Shown one piece after another: positions 36,471 to 48,231 of a DNA stretch of 64,000 nucleotides (positions are counted from its first letter, which is position 1; the number at the start of each line of letters is the position of its first letter). A model generated the notes under the pieces. It did no database searches. It was given only the letters and a program-made list of their open reading frames with translations, and was not told the DNA's origin. A program made the translations under genes and the position numbers. Location: positions 1,550,001 to 1,614,000 of the forward strand of contig OZ374562.1 in NCBI GenBank assembly GCA_977862235.1. Reading direction: 5' to 3'. The stretch comes from Dudresnaya verticillata. Lineage: Eukaryota.

Positions 36471-39400
36471 TTACCCGCGTTGCGCGTCGTCGATGTTTGG
36501 CGGCAGACGCGTGTGCTTCTGACGGTGATACCGTACAACGTGCGATCGCGGTAGACTGGACACTGGTTCCCAGGTATTCGCTGAAGCGGGGTATCCAAAC
36601 CACTTGACGCGGTAGAGGATCTCGCCGTCTTCTGCGTGTGCGTGCGACTCAACCCGTTCGATAACGTACTCCGTCGCGCTTGTAGCGGTCGACGTGGGCT
36701 CCTGCCGTGCTAACGCCTGGGGCGGTTCACTTTGTTGTGTGATGGGCGTCTGCACCGGTTCTGCAAACCGTACTCGACGAGTCGATCGCCTAAGGCGCTG
36801 GGTCGGTGCCCCGAGCGCTTGCGTAGCGGGTTGTGGTTCGTCGCTTTTGCTGTACTGGTTCCTCGCTTCTAGCGGCGTCCTTCGCGTTAGCGCGGTCTTC
36901 CTCATCGTCAGTCGATGCGCTCGAAGCGGGACCCACCTTGGTAGCCGGCGAAGCCGAGGTTGCGTGCCCCATTCGTGTGCGGATGCCTGGACCCTCCTCC
37001 TCGTCGGAGACGGATTGCGATACACCGTCGTCGGGGTTAGCGGCGAAGGGCGAGAGCTCTGCTAACCCGCGACTGCGCGGCGTTGCATTCAGTCGCTCTT
37101 GCGAGTCGTCCGTGCTTCGCGGTGTCCCTGTGCCTCCTGCCGGGTCCGCCTGCGGCGTGTCTGGGGTTCCTGCTCCTTCTTCAGTGGACGTGGTGGTAGT
37201 GGGCCCCGGTACGTGAGGTGGCCCCGGCGGTTGCACGGTTGCGGGGGCGGTGTGCCCTGGTGGGGTTGGCGCCCATACCACGCGGTCCCGGGATAAACGC
37301 TCGCGTTCCCCGCGTCCTTTGTCGACGGTGACTGTCCCGTCGTCGACGTGAGTGACTCGGTACGGTCCATCCGCCACTGGCGCGAGCTTGTGCTTGCGCT
37401 CTGAGCGATCGGTACTCCCGCCCCGGGCGAAGTATTCCTTCCGCACGAATGCAAAGTCGCCCACAGCGATGTTCTCCTTCGATTTCCTCAGACGAGTATC
37501 GAAGTTCCGTTTTTAACGCGCCTACGTTTTCGCGAGCGACGCTTTAGCGGTTCCCATCAGTGCGGACAGCCAGGTTCGCCATTTGGTGTAGTACTGTCCG
37601 GCAGTGGGCACGCTTTCGAGCGACGGTTCCGCTTCCAGCGACAATGGCCGCGGGGGCTTAGATAGAACCAGCTCGAATGGAGCAAGGTTGGTGGACGAGT
37701 GCAGTTGCGTATTGTATGCGAACGTCAGAGCATCGGTAAACAAATCCCAGTCCCTGGGGTGGTCTGCTACGTAGTGACGCAGGGAGGCGAGGATGGTTGG
37801 ATTGAATCGTTCCACTTGGCCGTTACACTGCGGATGGTACGTAGTAGTGAAGAGATTCTCCACCCCTAAGATGCGGCAGACGTCCTGGAACAACTTGGCT
37901 ACAAATTGCGGCCCATTGTCGGACAGCAGCTTCTTGGGTGGGCCATACACCAGCACCCAGTGTCGAACAAACGCCTGAGCGATTTCCAATGCCGTAATCT
38001 TACGTAAGGGCACCGTCCGGACCAGCTTCGAGAAGCGGTCTACGATGACGAGTAGAAACTTATTCCCCCGCTTAGTGCGTATGAGCTCCCCGAGTATATC
38101 GATGGACACAAACTCGAGAGGCTCGGTTGCTGGGAATAGTTTCATCTCCTTCACGTTCTTTCGCATCAGTACCCGGTTCCTCGCGCAAGTAACGCAGTTG
38201 CGGACGGTCGCGTAACAATCCACCTACATGGACGGCCAATAATACTCACGTCGGAGCGTATGGTATAGCTTCCGTCCTCCGGAATGTCCTGCTAATTTAG
38301 CATGATGTCGGAGATGGAGCAATCGAACGCGTAACGCGGATGGTACAACGACTTGGGGTCGGGCCTCGACGGTCCGAACCAATAGTCCTTGTTCGTCCGT
38401 TGCAAACGGTAGGTTGTCCCCGTCATCCATCCGTTTCCGGATCTCGGAACAGTACGGGTCACTGGCCTGGGTGTGCACCAACTCTTCATGCGTCAATTGA
38501 CGGAGGAGCACTTCGTCCGCCGGTGGCGCGTTGGTAACCAACATCTGGTCAAACTCCTCGAAGTCTCGTTCGGAGAAATCGACTTCGCCCTTGGCGCTTG
38601 ACGTATCGCTTTCGGCGTGAGCGTAGCCGTCTTCTGACGAGTGATCCTCGTCTTTGACGCAACTTCCGTGGTAACACGGGATATCATCGTCGATCGGTTC
38701 GACCGTTTCGCCGTTCGTCTGTAGACGTGAGAGGGCATCTGCCTGAGTATTCAGGTACCCCTTTTTATACTTCACGACGAAGTCGAACTCAGAGAGGCGA
38801 AGACGCCATCTCATTAACCGTCCCGAGGGGTCGCTGATTTCCATCAGCCACCTCAATGACGAATGGTCCGTATGGACTACGAAGGACTCCATCTGAAGGT
38901 ACGGTCGCAACGTCGTGATGGACCAGACTACTGCGAGGCATTCCTTTTCGGATACCGAGTAGTTGCGCTCCGGAGCGGTTAACGAGCGTGACCAGAAGCC
39001 AAGCGGCTTCCGTTCGCCGTCAGGTTGCGTTTGGAAGAGTGCGCAGCCAACTTGGTATTCGCTCGCGTCGCAATCAATGGAGTACGGGAGTCCTTGTTGT
39101 GGCAACGCCAGGATGGGCGGGTGAGTCACCGCTTCGACAAGCGTGCGGAATGCCCGAGCCTGCTCCTCGGTGAACGGTTGTAACCGGAATTCTTGCTCTT
39201 TCCTCAACAACTTGTTGAGGGGAGCGGCGATGTGCGCGTATCGCGATACAAACCGTCTGTAGACGTTGCACAACCCGAGAAAGCTCCGTAATTCCTTCTG
39301 GTCCCGCGGATGCTTGGCTTCGCGTAACGCGGCTGTGACCGTACGGTCTACTTCCAATCGTCCCGGACGTATCACATGGCCTAAATAGTTGACGGTCGGG

Positions 39401-41220
39401 GTGAAGAAGTCGCACTTGGTCAACTTCAATGTCACCCCGGCCCGATGCAAGGTCGAAAGGATCTCGTCAACATGACGGAAGTGACTGTCAATATCGTTCG
39501 AGAAGATGATCACATCGTCAAGGTAGACGAGGCATGAGCGCCACTTATAACCAGCAAGCAGGATATCGAGGGTCCGTTGAAACGTGGCCGGTGCGTTAGT
39601 AAGTCCGAAGGGCATACGCTTGTAGCGGAATAATCCGGCATGGCACGTGAACGCCGTCTTGTCGCGATCTCGCGGATTGATGGGCACCTGCCAGTAACCA
39701 CTATTGCAGTCTAGGGTAGAGAAGACGTCCGCTTCCCCTAGACTGTCAATACATTCGTCGATTCGCGGGAGGGGGTACGTATCCCGTACCGTTACTGCGT
39801 TCAAGCGACGGTAGTCAACGCAGAAGCGGAGTGTACCGTCCTTCTTGGGAGCAAAGACGACCGGTGACGCCCATGGCGATTGCGCAGGTTCAATAACCCC
39901 CTGACGCAACATGCGATCAACCTCCCCTTGAGCGATTTGCCTTTGCTTTGGGCCAGCGCGGTAAGGCGGGGATGGAATCGGCCTGGAGCCGGGGAGCAAG
40001 TCAATATAGTGCTCCGTGGTTGCGATTTCTCCCAACGAACCGTCCCACATCGATGAGTACCTGCGCAGCATCTCCTTCAGCCGTCCTTGATGTTCGGCTG
40101 AGAGATGACTCAGGTCCAACTCGTCCACTGACGGAGGTTTAGCTACAGTTGCTTCAATCGACTTAGCGAATGTATCCGGCTGCGCCGTTACCCCATCGTT
40201 CGTTTGAAAACGGAAATCTTGATTCGCTTCCTCCTCCTTTGCCTGCTCCTCGGTGATACCTAGGACATCGGCCAGACTTATGTGACTGGGGAACACTGCT
40301 GTGGGATGTGGCAACGCGGTAGCGACGACTTGTCCTTTGAAGGGCGCCTGCGGGCGTGGGGAGAAATTCGCGACGAGAATCCGGAACACTCTCAGCGGCT
40401 CTACTTGAGCGACTCCGTTACTAACGGCCAAAGCTTGCCGATCATATAACGTTCCGAATGGTTGGATGGTAATGACCCCTGCTCGCTCCGTCGTTACCGA
40501 GATCCACTTTTGCGCCTGCGGCGGGATGATCGTTCGTTCCGCAACGCGTATTTTGGGCGACGTTCGCCCTTCGGCCGTGCCGTACTCTTGTTCCGTTGGC
40601 AACGGGGGGTACGACGGAGGCCGGCGCAGCGGGCGGCGCGTTATAGGGACACGGGTCCCGTCGTCCAGCTCAATCTCGCGACTCCGCGGATAAATCGCTT
40701 CGACGAAGCGGTCGCAAAAGTCGCAACCGAGTATAACCGGCGCAGCGAGCCGTTCGCAGACGATCAACTCCAACTTGACGACCCTTCGTCCGAGACGTAC
40801 GACTAAGTCGATTGTGCCTCGGGTCTGAATCGCCTTGTTGTTAGCGTCTGATATGACGGGGAGACTCTTGGATACGATCCGTGATCGCGCTTCTAGCGGA
40901 ATATCGTCAATACGGATGAAATTCGGACCAGCCCCCGTATCGAGGACAGTGAGTTTTCGTGCCAAGGTACCTACAGTTACGCCTAGATCGGCGTACAATT
41001 TGTAGTTCCTTTTGGCCATTACGAACAACTGTCCCCGGGCTTGTGGGGGCTGGTACCTACGCCAGGGGCGCTTCAAGGACGTCTGTGACAAGTCTACCCG
41101 CCCATCGGCGTATTTGTTAACTAAGTTCGGGCCCTCCTTCCGTGTCAGCACCCGAGGCGGGAGCCTCTCTGCTTGGTGCGACACCCCAGTGTCAGGAGTT
41201 GGTACCCTCATTAGTTTTTC
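36471..41220 (-). pseudogene. pol: pol of element E (PR, RT, RNase H, integrase, chromodomain), with in-frame stops and a late frameshift
   Basis: VLDTGAG; VYLDDVII; DCDAS; HHAKLAGH..CVTC; SIDILG..SDNG..QVERFN; DGPY; YVIERVESH..YRVKWFGY..TWEP. Stops at 38224 and around 37513-37522. Confidence 0.95.
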
Positions 41221-43769
41221 GCCTGTGGCGGTTGTAGCGGCGCTGTGTAGCGATTGACCACCGTCGGATGACGCTCCGCTGCATGCGGCATAGGTCCGCC
41301 TCGTGGCGACGGCGGGCGCGCTGCACGGCGTGCTGCTTCGCGCGCAGCGCGTTCCTTGTACCGAGTGTACGCATCGGCGGGGACTCCCGCCTTCTCGGCG
41401 TCTGTTAAGCCTTCGTAGTTGGCGATCGCTTTCATATACTCGCTCATGCGGAGGAAGCAGTCCGGTGCGATGTGTCCACGGGCATAACACTGATGACAGA
41501 TCAACTGTCTGCGAGCGTCTTGACGGAGCGGACCCCTGTCTTGCCAACCTGGCCTCGCCCGATGGACGTGGGGGGCATACTCCGAGTACGGGACGCGTGG
41601 CGCGGGCACGACGGAACGCCCAAAGGCGAGTGTAGGATCCATTGCCTCTGTGTCCTCGTCTTCGACGTAGCTGTCCGTTGGTAACGCTGAAGTTGGCACT
41701 GATGCTTGTTCATCAGCCAAATAGAGATCGCCATCGGCGTGTGTTTCCATATCGTCCGCATGACGGGTGACATCACGGAACTCAACGGAGGACTCCGCTA
41801 TCATAGCGCGCGCGGCAGGCTTCGTGCCCCTCGTCTGTGGACGTAGACCCGTTCGGTTGCCGCCAATGGCGGGGCGCAATGCGCGAGCGGCTCGGGCCGG
41901 GGCCAATATATCCCGCCTGACTGACGTCGAGCCGGCTCTGCCGTGTCTTGCGCGTTGCGCGTCACCTTCGTCCTGCGTGAAGTGGACTAAACGTTCAAAA
42001 GATAACTCCGCCCTCGGCGTTTCTTCGCGGAAGCGGGCCACTAAGGACCTGATCGTCGGGTCTAACCCATCGATGTACAGTGTCATCTTTTCCCATTCGG
42101 GATAAACGTTACCGCAACGAATACATGCGCCGGCGAGTCTCATGCCGTAAGTCGTTTCGTCTTCGCCCTGCTTCTGACTAGTCGACCGCAGGGCGAGGAC
42201 AGCGCCTCGAATCGCCGAAGGCGTGGCGTACGTGCGGAGTAGGTAGTGCACCGCCTCCGGGTACGATGATACGCCGCCGCGGTGGCGAGAGGACGTCGAT
42301 TTGACGGAGCGGAATTGCGTAGCAGCCGTGCCCCTTAAGAAGTACGGCAGCGCGACGAACGCTTGTGCTTCGCTCATCTCTAGCGTGTCCGCTTCATCGG
42401 CGAACCGCGTTAAGAATTCGAGGACCATGACGGGGTCGCTGCCGTTGAAGGCGGCGTCCTTCATCGTTAACTCGAGTCGCTTGATATGGTCTTTGACCTT
42501 CCCGGTCTCGCGACCGGAGCGCTTCTGTCCTACGTCTTGGAGACGGTATGTGCGGTACGATAGTAACTGGTCGAAGAGAGGATTGGAGGGGCTCAGCTCC
42601 TTCAGTCCCTTGTATCGCTTTCCGCGGGGTCACATTGCACTGCCGTGAGCCACGTAGTCGTCATCGTCTGACGACGAAGAGTCTGTTGACCCGCCGTCAC
42701 TAGACGTGTCTGAAGAAGATGGGGATGAGTCCCCTCGTCGGCGACGGTTCTTCTTCCGTCCATGACGCGACTTGCGGCGTTTCTTGCCCCGTCTCTTGCG
42801 ATCTTTGCGTCGTCGACGGTCTTCTTCGGAACTATCGTCGTCGGACGGCGGCCCTTGGCGCCATTTGGCGGTTTCCAGTCGCTCTAAGCGGGTTGCCAAT
42901 CGTTGAAAACGTTCGCGTGAATTCAATTCCGACTGGGACTGGACCGTCAATGCCGTTGGCTGCTGAGCATCTACCCTTTGGTTGGGGTTCGTCATCAGAC
43001 GGTCGAGGTCGGAACGGAGTCCTTGAAGGGCACTGTCCCGATCTTCTTCCAACGTCTGTAGACGGCTGAAGATACCTCCGACATTGTCGTCTAGCATCTC
43101 CGCGAATCGAGCGAGTAAGTTACCGTCTTCGGCGATGCATACTTCCCGAATCCGCTCGCGAGGTATCGTGAGGTTACCAACCCGGGCGGACGCTGGGGAC
43201 GCCATTGGCGGTGTGTGCGCGGGGGTCGACGCCTGCGGCGGACCTCCCGTGCTGCGCGGTTGCGCTAACGGCCTGGCCGGTGAACATCCGGCACTGCCGT
43301 GGGGTGAGGGACAACAGCCCCTTGGGATTGGTGATTCGTCTACGACGTCGCGCCCCGCAGGGCGTCTTTGGTCGTCTTCGACGGGTATGGTTGGTTGGTG
43401 GACCGGAACTTCCGGCTGTTCTTCGACGATGTCGGCTTGGGCTCCGTCCTCGACGGGTCGCTGTTCGGCTTGTACCGTGTCAGCGGAATCCACGTGCGAG
43501 TGGTAGGTTCGGAGGGCCGATTCGTTGGGAACGGTGGTGCGGACGACGACGGGTATCGGCGGGGGAGGTATTTCTCCCCTGTTGAGCGATATATGGGAGT
43601 GGTCGTGGCCTGGACCGGTCGGGAAGGCCGATGCGATCTCGGGGCTCACGAGGCGCCCAGACCTCGTTGTCATCCGCTGTAGTGACCGCTCCGACGCGGG
43701 GACACTCCCCGGCGTCGATGACGGTCTTCTTGAACTGGGGCCTCGCGACGGCGGCGGTCGTGAGGCCAT
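41211..43769 (-). pseudogene. gag: gag of element E (one in-frame TGA at 42630)
   Basis: 43769-42630 and 42464-41211 are in the same frame. FNGSDPVMVLEFL; zinc knuckle CHQCYARGHIAPDC. Confidence 0.9.
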
Positions 43770-43876
43770 AATGCAGTCGCAGAGTTGCCTGAACGTCGTG
43801 GACGATTAGCGACGGACGTCTAGAGACGGAAAGTCGGACGTCGCACGACGGAGTAACTCGTTGAAACGTAGCACAC

Positions 43877-43894
43877 TTCTAGGTCGGGAGACCA
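43877..43894 (-). promoter_or_regulatory. Primer-binding site of element E (tRNA-Tyr type)
   Basis: Reverse complement is TGGTCTCCCGACCTAGAA, adjacent to the 5' LTR. Confidence 0.88.
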
Positions 43895-43896
43895 GT

Positions 43897-44793
43897 AGTA
43901 GTGCAAAACGTCTTTGACGGACACTGCCGAGCAGTTCGGGGCTCGGTGGTAGCGACGCCTGCGGCGATGAGTGGCCTCGCCGTGGGCGTCTGGTGGTAGA
44001 GCGGTTGACTCGCCTTGGGCGGACTGTAAACGCCCTTGGCGGAAAAGAAGAACAAAAGGAAACAGAAAAGGAACACGTCGAGGACGGGTAGAGACGTGGA
44101 AGCACGGAGGTAGACGCTTAGCCGTAGGCAGCGGTAAGGTACGCGCGTGCTGAACGGGGAAGTCTGGACCAAGGCCGGCTTGCCGGGGTTTACTGTGACG
44201 TCTGAGACGGATCAACTAAGTACAGGATTACCTAGCGGCGGCGACGCGGATGTACGCGTAATGCGGGAACTCGGGACACGTGTTGTCCCGAGGCGCGTCT
44301 GACAGATCCGTCCGTCATGCAGCCGCGCTCCTGACAGATCACGCGTAGTTCCCCGCGCGAGTCCTTACACCTACACGTGGATCCTTTCCTTACAGCCGCG
44401 CGCGCGCCTCATGGCGCGAGCGATCTCGATCCGTACCGATCCCGATCCAGTCCGGATTCGGGCCAGCGATGCGGATGCGCCAGGCTTACAGGCGTGTGCC
44501 TTACACCCCTTAATCCCGATGTGGGATCCCGATTGGATCCGGATTCGGGCCACGCTTACAGCGAACGTTCCCGCCACTGCGCCACGCGCGCACGCGTGGC
44601 GCCGTACAGTGGCCGGGTTCAGGCGTGCGGTCTGCACGCCCAGTGAGCCGTTCTGGCCCAAGTGGCCAGCGGCATGCGTCGGTGACGTGTTTGCGCCGCA
44701 TGCGGGTTGAGCGCGCCGTTGGCGGTCGTCCGTCGGTAGACGCTGCATATTAACGCTTGAAAGGGAAAACGGGGGACCCCCCCTGGTACTACA
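43897..44793 (-). repeat. 5' LTR of element E
   Basis: Direct repeat of 31602-32498. Confidence 0.95.
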
Positions 44794-44803
44794 GGGAGAC
44801 CAG

Positions 44804-45577
44804 TGTAGTATAGACGCCGGGTCGATCCGGCGTCTGATACTTGCTGGTCCGAAGCCGCCACACAGACCCGTCGATGGGTAGCTGTTGGGGTTGGTAGAGC
44901 GGTGTCGGCCGCGTGCGCCCCGCAGGTGCGGATCGACGGCGTCGATGCCGGAGCGCGCACGGGGCGTACCGTACGCGGGTAGGCAGCGGCCGGATCCCAG
45001 CATCCCTGTCGAAGGGCGGCACGAAGCCGACGGAAAGGAAAAGGAAAGGGGAAAGCCTAGCGAGGCAAGGGGAAAAGGGAAACCGCCCGCTGGCGTAAGG
45101 CAAAGGGATCGAACCCGAAAAGGCTGGGGGCAAGCTTCGGCGCGAGCTGTTGCTTGCCCGGTTTACTGAGCCGTCGATGGCCGACGGTCTTAAATACCCT
45201 ACACTATGTGCACTACGACTACTTCTACAGTAGGTGCGCCCCACAACACCAACGCGGGAGGCGTGCGAGCGCGCGCCCATACACGTGTCGATACGTCCGG
45301 GTAACGATTACCCGTGGGCGCGCGCGGGGCGTAACGGGCTGCGGCCCTCTCAACGGCTCGATGCCGGAGAGCGTCACAGGGGCGCGCCGTGTGCGGCACG
45401 GCGCGCGGCCGTTGCCGGCAGCAATGCGGTCCACCGCTACTAATTCAACGAAAAAAACTAAGGGCACGCTGCCCAACCACGACTCGCCAGCGGGCGTCAT
45501 CGTGTGCACCATTACAGTGCGGCGCTGCCAGCATACCTTACAGCCGCTGCTGATAGTGTGCTGACAGCTATAATACA
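44804..45577 (-). repeat. 5' LTR of element D
   Basis: Direct repeat of 19347-20120, followed by TSD GAGTT. Confidence 0.95.
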
Positions 45578-46635
45578 GAGTTGTTTGGGAAGTTTCCACC
45601 TTTTGGTCGCTCGGACGCTCCGCGCCTCAAGGGGTCGCCCAGTACAGGCCCGGACATCGTAGACGAGTACTCTACGAAACACCGGGTCGCAACCTCTATA
45701 CTTTCCTTCAGTCGGTCGCGCCGAGTCTTTACCGTGCTTCCGCACCCCCCCTTTCGGGTCATCAGGGCCCGCCTTTTCCAAGTCTCTACCAATCCTCCCT
45801 CGAGCTACCACACATTAGCGTGTGACATCGGACAGCTGTCTTTTCTTGTTCTTTGCTGTTTCTGGCCGCTGCCATACTGCTACATAAAGTTCCCCATCTC
45901 TCTCTCAGACTTGGCACTAATATATGTAGAGATAATAAACCCAACGGCCTCTCAAAGCGAAACCTCCTTGGTAATCACTGTTCATCTTACTGATTCGTTT
46001 GGGATGACCAGTTCTTCTTTTGCAAGTCTGATGATTCTTTATTTGAGGAACCAAATTGCAGTTCCTAGTTATCCTACGAGGCTTCATATGAAATCCGATA
46101 ATCTTAGCCTCCCTGGGAGAGTGTAAAAGGGGAGAGAAAACTCTCCAGCAGCAGTACAGTAAACAAACGTGTAGAGCCGCATAAAGTTCCGACATTTGAC
46201 AACTTGTTGAATGACATGAAGGCCGCATGAGTCACAGTTGCGGAATGCAGGTATTATTCTACATTAAGCCGGTTTAAGTGGTAGCATTTCTATCCTTCGT
46301 CAAAGCGAGAAAGTTCGCGATGCATTGCGCGCCGCCGTCGAGCTCAGGACCAATGGTGCCGTAGATGTCCATAACCATGGAATGAAACTCGAAGTTCTTG
46401 TATTCACGGAGACGGCGGTAGTGAGGAACTTTTTCCCGTTCACAAGATTGAATGGCAGTGTGGGGACGAGATGTAGAAGGACGAATAGTGCATGAATGTG
46501 GACTTACGACAGAGATGTGTTTACGAGAAGCGGCGATTCCGAACCGAATCTTCTTCCAGATGACAACAATCTTTCATGGACAAATTCACTCCAGTGCTTC
46601 ATTTGTGTGCCTTTTGCCTGCCTTTCTCAGATGCC

Positions 46636-48231
46636 CTACAAAGCTATTTTCGGGTCAAGCACGGTAAACGACTTCTTCAGGCGAAATCGAAGCACAGAAA
46701 CATCCTCCAGCTTTCCATACTTTCGTGGTGTTCCAACTACACATGATAGCACCTTCCCACCTAATGCTGGTCTCACATTAGAGCACCTGACCTTTCCGAT
46801 CTTTATCGAGGGGAAGAGCCTCTTGATACCTGTAGAAAGGATGAAGACCCTGCTCCCCGGTAATCCACGTCGCGGGAAGATGTTGCGGATACCAGGACGC
46901 CTTCGCATTCCTGATTTTGGAATGGCAATACCGATGGAATTTCTTTGCGGTTGAGACAGGAAGATTGCGCCGAGAACGTCCACATCCAAGGTAATGCCTG
47001 GAGTCTCCACAAGCCTTGTAACTCTTTTTGCCCGTAAGTCAAAGATGTTCAGGCCCGGGGGCAGCCGATCCGTAATATCGCTACTCTCGATATTGTCTGC
47101 GTCGGCCCCCAGCAGTTTCCCACGGAAACGAGGAAATAAATTTGCTTCGTAGAATCCTAGTCCTACTGTGCCGGTTCCTATTATTCCTTCTTCTGTGGCT
47201 TGATCATTGTTGAACAGTGGTGGAGTGTATCCGGGGAACAGAAGTTTAGCCCGCGATGGGGGGATTCTTCGTAAAACAGTTTTGCATTCTCCAGCTCTTC
47301 TTCGATTTCCATGACCGTACCAACGCCCTTTGCGCAGCGGGATGACATTGTCGGGCTGACTGCGCTCATATGGCATCGATTCATTACAACTAATGCTGAC
47401 TGGACCGAAAGGCTCGTTGGCACCGCCGTCAACCACCCACGGCTTTCCATTTCGCGAAAGAGCTATTTGAAAACTTGACCTTAACCCAGTTGCAAAGAGC
47501 TTCACCCCAGTAACGTCAGGGCCGTCGACTAGCTCGGCAGTGGCAGAATTTGAGCTACTCCAACGAACGGAGCGAGTTACCGATGATGAAGTTACATCCA
47601 CATCTAACATTGTAGCGCTTAGCAAACAGTCTGGGAGATTCCCTTCCATTGGTGACTCTGCCCCTCCATTGTTGAATGTCCCGATGGAGACCCAAAGCCT
47701 CCCAGTCCTAGGGTTAACAGCGGAACCAAACACGGCTTGCTGCCCAAGGCTGAGTGATACCGGGAGTCCGGATATAAATGGTTTGTCATCTACCACAAGT
47801 GAAGGTCCAGACTCGTCAAGAATTACTCTTTCAATTCTGCCATTCTGCCAGCCACTTTCGGTAAAGCCCTGCATTCTCCATTGGAGAGCACTAGAGGAGA
47901 CGTAGAAGGTTAGAGGAGAGAATGGGTTCGCGGAAATGCCAAGAATAGTACGGCCAGCTCCAACTGTTGTCTCGGAATGCACGGCAGTTACCGTGTACTG
48001 CAGCCCAGCTCTCTTGACTCGAAGCAACTTGAGTACTCCAAGCCCTGTGCCGATCAGCAACAGGTCCGGTTGGGTTGGTGCAAATGCGAGAGCAGTTACG
48101 AAAGTTTCCGTGAAGTTGTTTCCATTCTGCTGCAGCAGTGTGCTTGCGAAGACCGGCTTGGCAGTGGCAAAACTTGTAACAGCCTGGGACACAGTCATGA
48201 GTATGGTGAGGGGGAAGAAAAGCACAATCAT
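46636..48231 (-). CDS. Secreted glucose/sorbosone dehydrogenase-like beta-propeller protein with a C-terminal IPT/TIG-like domain
   Basis: Signal peptide MIVLFFPLTILMTVSQA; FATGLRSSFQIALSRNGKPWVVDGGAN, GRLWVSIG and KGRWYGH are typical of GSDH propellers; PGIRNIFPRRGLPGSRVFIL..IKIGKVRC is IPT-like. Confidence 0.75.
   Translation of the reverse strand: MIVLFFPLTILMTVSQAVTSFATAKPVFASTLLQQNGNNFTETFVTALAFAPTQPDLLLIGTGLGVLKLLRVKRAGLQYTVTAVHSETTVGAGRTILGISANPFSPLTFYVSSSALQWRMQGFTESGWQNGRIERVILDESGPSLVVDDKPFISGLPVSLSLGQQAVFGSAVNPRTGRLWVSIGTFNNGGAESPMEGNLPDCLLSATMLDVDVTSSSVTRSVRWSSSNSATAELVDGPDVTGVKLFATGLRSSFQIALSRNGKPWVVDGGANEPFGPVSISCNESMPYERSQPDNVIPLRKGRWYGHGNRRRAGECKTVLRRIPPSRAKLLFPGYTPPLFNNDQATEEGIIGTGTVGLGFYEANLFPRFRGKLLGADADNIESSDITDRLPPGLNIFDLRAKRVTRLVETPGITLDVDVLGAIFLSQPQRNSIGIAIPKSGMRRRPGIRNIFPRRGLPGSRVFILSTGIKRLFPSIKIGKVRCSNVRPALGGKVLSCVVGTPRKYGKLEDVSVLRFRLKKSFTVLDPKIAL

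Larger units (their letters stand above)
31602..44793 (-). mobile_element. Element E: young Ty3/gypsy chromodomain LTR retrotransposon
   Basis: 897-bp LTRs 31602-32498 and 43897-44793 (about 6 differences), perfect TSD GGGAG, PBS 43877-43894, PPT 32499-32512. Confidence 0.96.
19347..45577 (-). mobile_element. Element D: Ty3/gypsy chromodomain LTR retrotransposon (hosts element E in its PBS)
   Basis: 774-bp LTRs 19347-20120 and 44804-45577, perfect TSD GAGTT, PPT 20121-20136, gag-pol on the minus strand. Confidence 0.96.
18873..45812. mobile_element. Probable ~700-bp solo LTR (18873-19346 plus 45583-45812) split by element D
   Basis: TGTGGCAG start and CTACCACA end form an imperfect terminal inverted repeat. 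It contains promoter-like motifs. The TSD is ambiguous (CATAA..AG versus CATTA). Confidence 0.5.

Noticed and set aside
41221..41547. N-terminal extension of the 1107-aa pol ORF
   Set aside because: It overlaps the gag zinc knuckle in another frame; pol is more likely entered by frameshift at the gag end.
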